A stretch of DNA of 59,908 bases from a virus. Taxonomy: Duplodnaviria; Caudoviricetes. The DNA is taken from positions 1 to 59,908 of IMG/VR virus record IMGVR_UViG_3300032323_002596. One strand, given 5' to 3'. The notes beneath the pieces are model-generated. The model saw only the letters and a list, made by a program, of their open reading frames with translations, was not told the DNA's origin and searched no databases. Positions 55,943 through 59,908 of the stretch are shown in pieces. The translations under genes were made by a program, and so were the position numbers. The stretch's first letter is position 1; each line of letters starts with the position of its first letter.

Positions 55943-58900
55943 ATGCCAATAATAAATAACCCATTTAATGGTAAGCTCAATTTAGACGTTGCCGAGTATA
56001 GAATATCTAATGGTGATTATATTGATGCGCTTAATATAACAAAAGATGCGCAAGGTCGTGGTCAGGACAGAGTAGTATCAAATATTCTTGGTAACACTTT
56101 AATACCATACACACTGCCAGCTGGTACGAATAAAATTATTGGTTTTTATGCCGATAGGGTAAGAAATAGGGCGTATTATTTTCTTTGGAATAGTAATGGA
56201 TATAATAGCATTTTGTATTATGATTTAAGCAATGATACAATAACAAAGGTATTAGAAAGCAAAACAGATAGTGATGGTATTGATATTTTAAATTTTAACC
56301 CATCTTATAAAGTTTTATCAGTAAATATATTTTATAGGGATGTAGAAGGTGATATTTTATTTTTTAATGATGGTTTTAATCCTCCAAAAAATATAAATGT
56401 ACTTGGAAATTATGGTACAAGCTGGAAGCTTGAATATATATTAGTAGCCAAAGCTCCTCCGGTAATGCCTCCAAAAGTAGTTTATGAAAATGATACTACT
56501 ATAACTATTAATAATTTAAGAAACAAATTATTTCAATTTTCTTACAGATATGTTTATGATAACAATGAAAAATCTGTGTGGAGTTCAAGAAGCATTGTGC
56601 CATTACCCCAGCAACCATCATTAACACTTACAGATAATACTGCTACAAATAATGCAAGAATAGCTGTATTGTTATCAACTGGTGGGCCAGATGTAAAAGC
56701 TATTGAGCTTTGTTTTAGAGAAACAACAAATGGTTCAACAAGCGATTGGTTTTTAATACAATCTTTTGATAAGCAGCTTCTTAATATATCAGATAACATC
56801 ATTTATATTTATAAGTTTTACAATGATTCAGTATATACGCAAATAGATGTTATTGAAAGTTCCCAATTACAAGATTATGTACCTCAAAAGGCAAATGCGG
56901 CAGAATTGGCAAATGGTAATGTTTTGTTATATTCTGGAATTACAGAGGGTTACGATAAAACAAATGTAAGTTTAAGTATTAATTCATCCCCAAATGCATA
57001 TACTTATTTTTATGATCAAAATGGTTTGCTATTTCTTGCTACGGTAAATGGCACTGATAGCGGTCCTGGTACTCAAATGAGTATATATCTTTATGGTACC
57101 GGTACAAATACAGGTGGAGAGGTTACGACATTAAATAATGCGGCAGGTGGTTATTATATAAATTCATTCGCATCAAATGGAACAGATTTAAGTACATCTT
57201 TTACAACGTCAGGTTTAACAACTTCATATTTGGTTTCTGATATATTAGCTGGAATATCTGCTGCAATGGTGTTGAAAGGTTATACTCAAGTATCATTGGT
57301 TGGGAATAAATTGGTTATGAATTATTCAAGTGGGTTTGTTTTGACCTCTGTAGGATTTAAAACATTAACTTTATTGAGTAATGATAATACTAGTTTTGCA
57401 TATGTATGGAACTCGGGTTATCAATATGCAATTCAATATTTTGATGCCCAAGGAAGAACGATAGGTGCGCAAACAGAAATTGGAGGTGCTATAAATACCC
57501 CAAGTTTTACGAATTTGCCAAGTGATCAGCCACTTGTAAAATATCCTCAAATAACTTTAAGCATACTGAACAAGCCTCCATTATATGCTACGTATTATCA
57601 AGTTTTAAGGTCAAATAATACTACTTACAATAAGAGATTGTGTTGGATAAGCGAGTCTGCATACGCTGGCATTACGAATAATGTAGATAATTCAAGATAT
57701 TTTTATATTGGAATTGATAACATAGCGGCATATAATGAAGCTATAAGTTCAACACAGGGTGTTGTTTCCTATAATTACACAGAGGGAGATAGAATTAGAT
57801 TTATTGCTAGATATAATGTTAGTAATGAGATAGTTTATTTGCCACAATATGATTATGAAATAGTTGGTACCGTATCTACATTTGAATATAACATACAGTG
57901 GCCTGTGCCAATAGCTCCAGATAAAAATACATATACAGCTAATGGTAATTTCTTAAAAATAAGATACCCAGATGCTGATATAAGTGCTAATTTCCAATTC
58001 CCTGGAACAACAGATTTTCAGCATTATGAAATACTTGTATATAATTATTCATCCAATGCAGATTCAAATCAGAGGTTTTATTATGAATTTGGTAAACAAT
58101 ATGGAATAGGCAATCCAGGGACGGAAAATAGATACCATTTTGGCTTAACACAGTTGCCAAACGGGGGAGCAACAATACCTGTTACAAATGGAGACTTGTT
58201 TTATAGACTTAGAAAAGTACCATTTTCGGATAGTTATAATTTTAATTCTACCTCATTTGACACAAATACAAATGACCCCAATGAAACTAGATCTGAATCA
58301 TTCCCTATTAATGTGCCAAGAACAATAGATAATGCTGCATATAAGATACAATCTCAATTAAATATTCCTGTAGATATAACCGGAGCTGGCGCGCCAACTT
58401 GGGCTACTGATGGATATTTTTTTTATAATAAATCAAGTACAGCCGAGAGGATACTTTCAATAAAGGGGACATTGAGATTTACAACAAGTGGTAATTCTAC
58501 TTTTTCTGTTTATGCATTAATTTTAACAGATGTAGCCTTTTTGAATTTAAAATATACTGTTTCACTATTGCCTGTAGAGGTTAATTCTCTTAACTCAACT
58601 ACAAATAATTTTAATGTAACTTTTGATATTGATAAAAGTTTTGCAGTCCCTCCATCGGGTAAAGTTTGGATAGTTGCTAGTTCCACAAATGACGCTACTG
58701 GTATTAATATTCTTGTTCTTCAGCCAATGAATTTTGATTTTAATGTAGTAAAAGATAAATCTATTGGAATTATTGAAAAAAGCTTTAATGATACATACAA
58801 TTTAGTTACAAATAGTAATGGAAGGCCTTCTGTAGTTGAGGTAAATGCTAAAAAAACTTACTTCCCAACGCTAATTAGATTTGGTGGTGCTTATCAAGTA

Positions 58901-59908
58901 AATACAGATATAAATCAGATTAATAATTTTAAGTATGAAAATTTTGATGAGTATGATAGAAGTTTCGGAGATGTAATTAGATTGCATGTTAGAGATAGGT
59001 ATTTAAAAGTTTATCAGAAATTCAAAGTTGGAAATGTGCCTATTTTAACGCAGATTGTAAAAGACAGTGCAAATAATCCATTGCAAGCAAATACGGATCA
59101 GTTAATTAATAAAATTCAGTATTACGCTGGAGATTATGGTATTGGTGATGCGGGCACTAGTTTGGCTTGGAATAATTTTTCTGATTATTTTGTAGATAAT
59201 TATAGGGGTGTTGTATGTAGATTAAGTCAAGATGGAATTACTCCATTAAGTATCTTGTATGGCACAAACGCTTTTTTTGTTCCATTGTCACAAGAATACA
59301 GGCAAGAGTTGAATAATGGCATTGTGCCTGAAGGTCAGGTATATACAGGAAACCCTTGCATATATGGTGTTTTTGATGCTTATACTAATAAGTATATTAT
59401 TGCTATGGAAGAGATAAATAGATATGATATAGTTACAACATCAACTACTACCACAGCAGGGCCTACTACTACGACTACAACAACAACTAGTACGACTACC
59501 ACTACAACAGCGGCTCCAACTACTACTACAACAACTATACCTTGTAACTGTGTTCAATTTGTAAACATTGAAGTAACAGGAGCAGGAAATGTAACATATG
59601 TAGATTGTAATGGTTCAGCACAATCACAACCGGTAGGACTTGGGCCAGAAGTTATTGGTTCTTCTCCAAATTGTGTGCAAAGAAACACATTAGGTGGAAC
59701 TGCAACATTTACAATTGACTCATATGGACCTTGTTGTGCACCTGAAACAACTACAACCACAGCGGGGCCTACAACAACTACTACAACAACAACGGCTGCG
59801 CCTACTACAACTACAACAACGGCTGCGCCTACTACAACTACAACAACGGCTGCGCCTACTACAACTACAACAACGGCTGCGCCTACTACAACTACAACAA
59901 CGGCTGCG
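55943..59908 (+). CDS. Tail stabilization/muzzle-type protein, 3'-truncated (mirror copy)
   Basis: Mirror of 1..3966; ATG at 55943, runs to the window end. Confidence 0.75.
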   Translation, partial: MPIINNPFNGKLNLDVAEYRISNGDYIDALNITKDAQGRGQDRVVSNILGNTLIPYTLPAGTNKIIGFYADRVRNRAYYFLWNSNGYNSILYYDLSNDTITKVLESKTDSDGIDILNFNPSYKVLSVNIFYRDVEGDILFFNDGFNPPKNINVLGNYGTSWKLEYILVAKAPPVMPPKVVYENDTTITINNLRNKLFQFSYRYVYDNNEKSVWSSRSIVPLPQQPSLTLTDNTATNNARIAVLLSTGGPDVKAIELCFRETTNGSTSDWFLIQSFDKQLLNISDNIIYIYKFYNDSVYTQIDVIESSQLQDYVPQKANAAELANGNVLLYSGITEGYDKTNVSLSINSSPNAYTYFYDQNGLLFLATVNGTDSGPGTQMSIYLYGTGTNTGGEVTTLNNAAGGYYINSFASNGTDLSTSFTTSGLTTSYLVSDILAGISAAMVLKGYTQVSLVGNKLVMNYSSGFVLTSVGFKTLTLLSNDNTSFAYVWNSGYQYAIQYFDAQGRTIGAQTEIGGAINTPSFTNLPSDQPLVKYPQITLSILNKPPLYATYYQVLRSNNTTYNKRLCWISESAYAGITNNVDNSRYFYIGIDNIAAYNEAISSTQGVVSYNYTEGDRIRFIARYNVSNEIVYLPQYDYEIVGTVSTFEYNIQWPVPIAPDKNTYTANGNFLKIRYPDADISANFQFPGTTDFQHYEILVYNYSSNADSNQRFYYEFGKQYGIGNPGTENRYHFGLTQLPNGGATIPVTNGDLFYRLRKVPFSDSYNFNSTSFDTNTNDPNETRSESFPINVPRTIDNAAYKIQSQLNIPVDITGAGAPTWATDGYFFYNKSSTAERILSIKGTLRFTTSGNSTFSVYALILTDVAFLNLKYTVSLLPVEVNSLNSTTNNFNVTFDIDKSFAVPPSGKVWIVASSTNDATGINILVLQPMNFDFNVVKDKSIGIIEKSFNDTYNLVTNSNGRPSVVEVNAKKTYFPTLIRFGGAYQVNTDINQINNFKYENFDEYDRSFGDVIRLHVRDRYLKVYQKFKVGNVPILTQIVKDSANNPLQANTDQLINKIQYYAGDYGIGDAGTSLAWNNFSDYFVDNYRGVVCRLSQDGITPLSILYGTNAFFVPLSQEYRQELNNGIVPEGQVYTGNPCIYGVFDAYTNKYIIAMEEINRYDIVTTSTTTTAGPTTTTTTTTSTTTTTTAAPTTTTTTIPCNCVQFVNIEVTGAGNVTYVDCNGSAQSQPVGLGPEVIGSSPNCVQRNTLGGTATFTIDSYGPCCAPETTTTTAGPTTTTTTTTAAPTTTTTTAAPTTTTTTAAPTTTTTTAAPTTTTTTAA
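59762..59908 (+). repeat. 27-bp Thr-rich coding tandem repeat (mirror copy)
   Basis: Mirror of 1..147. Confidence 0.97.

Larger units (their letters stand above)
1..59908. repeat. Whole-window perfect inverted duplication (two 29,954-bp arms, no spacer)
   Basis: Every ORF at a..b recurs identically at 59909-b..59909-a on the other strand; window ends are reverse complements; axis reads CCCTAAAATTTAGTT|AACTAAATTTTAGGG. Confidence 0.99.

Noticed and set aside
29955-59908. Second arm as a true paralogous gene duplication
   Set aside because: All ORF translations are identical and there is no spacer, which fits one arm read twice; it is not counted as independent evidence

Overview
The window is one exact inverted duplication: base x pairs with base 59909-x, with the axis at 29954|29955 (…AAATTTAGTT|AACTAAATTT…). 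It therefore holds only 29,954 bp of unique sequence. That arm is a partial genome of an AT-rich dsDNA tailed phage, most likely of a Bacteroidota host (TAnnTTTG promoters, A-rich starts without Shine-Dalgarno sites, standard genetic code). The virion module is crAss-like in gene order and size: putative TerS, TerL, portal, scaffold, major capsid protein, ring/tail-tube proteins, GroES, and a tail stabilization protein cut off at both window ends by a 27-bp Thr repeat. The replication/recombination module is instead lambdoid and host-dependent: initiator with candidate iterons, primase-helicase, SSB, NinG, YqaJ exonuclease and RusA. There is one tRNA-Gln(TTG). The most notable candidates are: (1) a fold-back junction in non-coding DNA right after an RHH-RusA operon, either a hairpin telomere/cruciform or an assembly fold-back; (2) short terminator-ended RNAs complementary to the translation-initiation regions of the recombination operon; (3) a 9-residue mucin-like P-T6-x-A repeat in three different putative virion proteins. 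All protein calls come from motif and synteny recognition by eye, not database searches.
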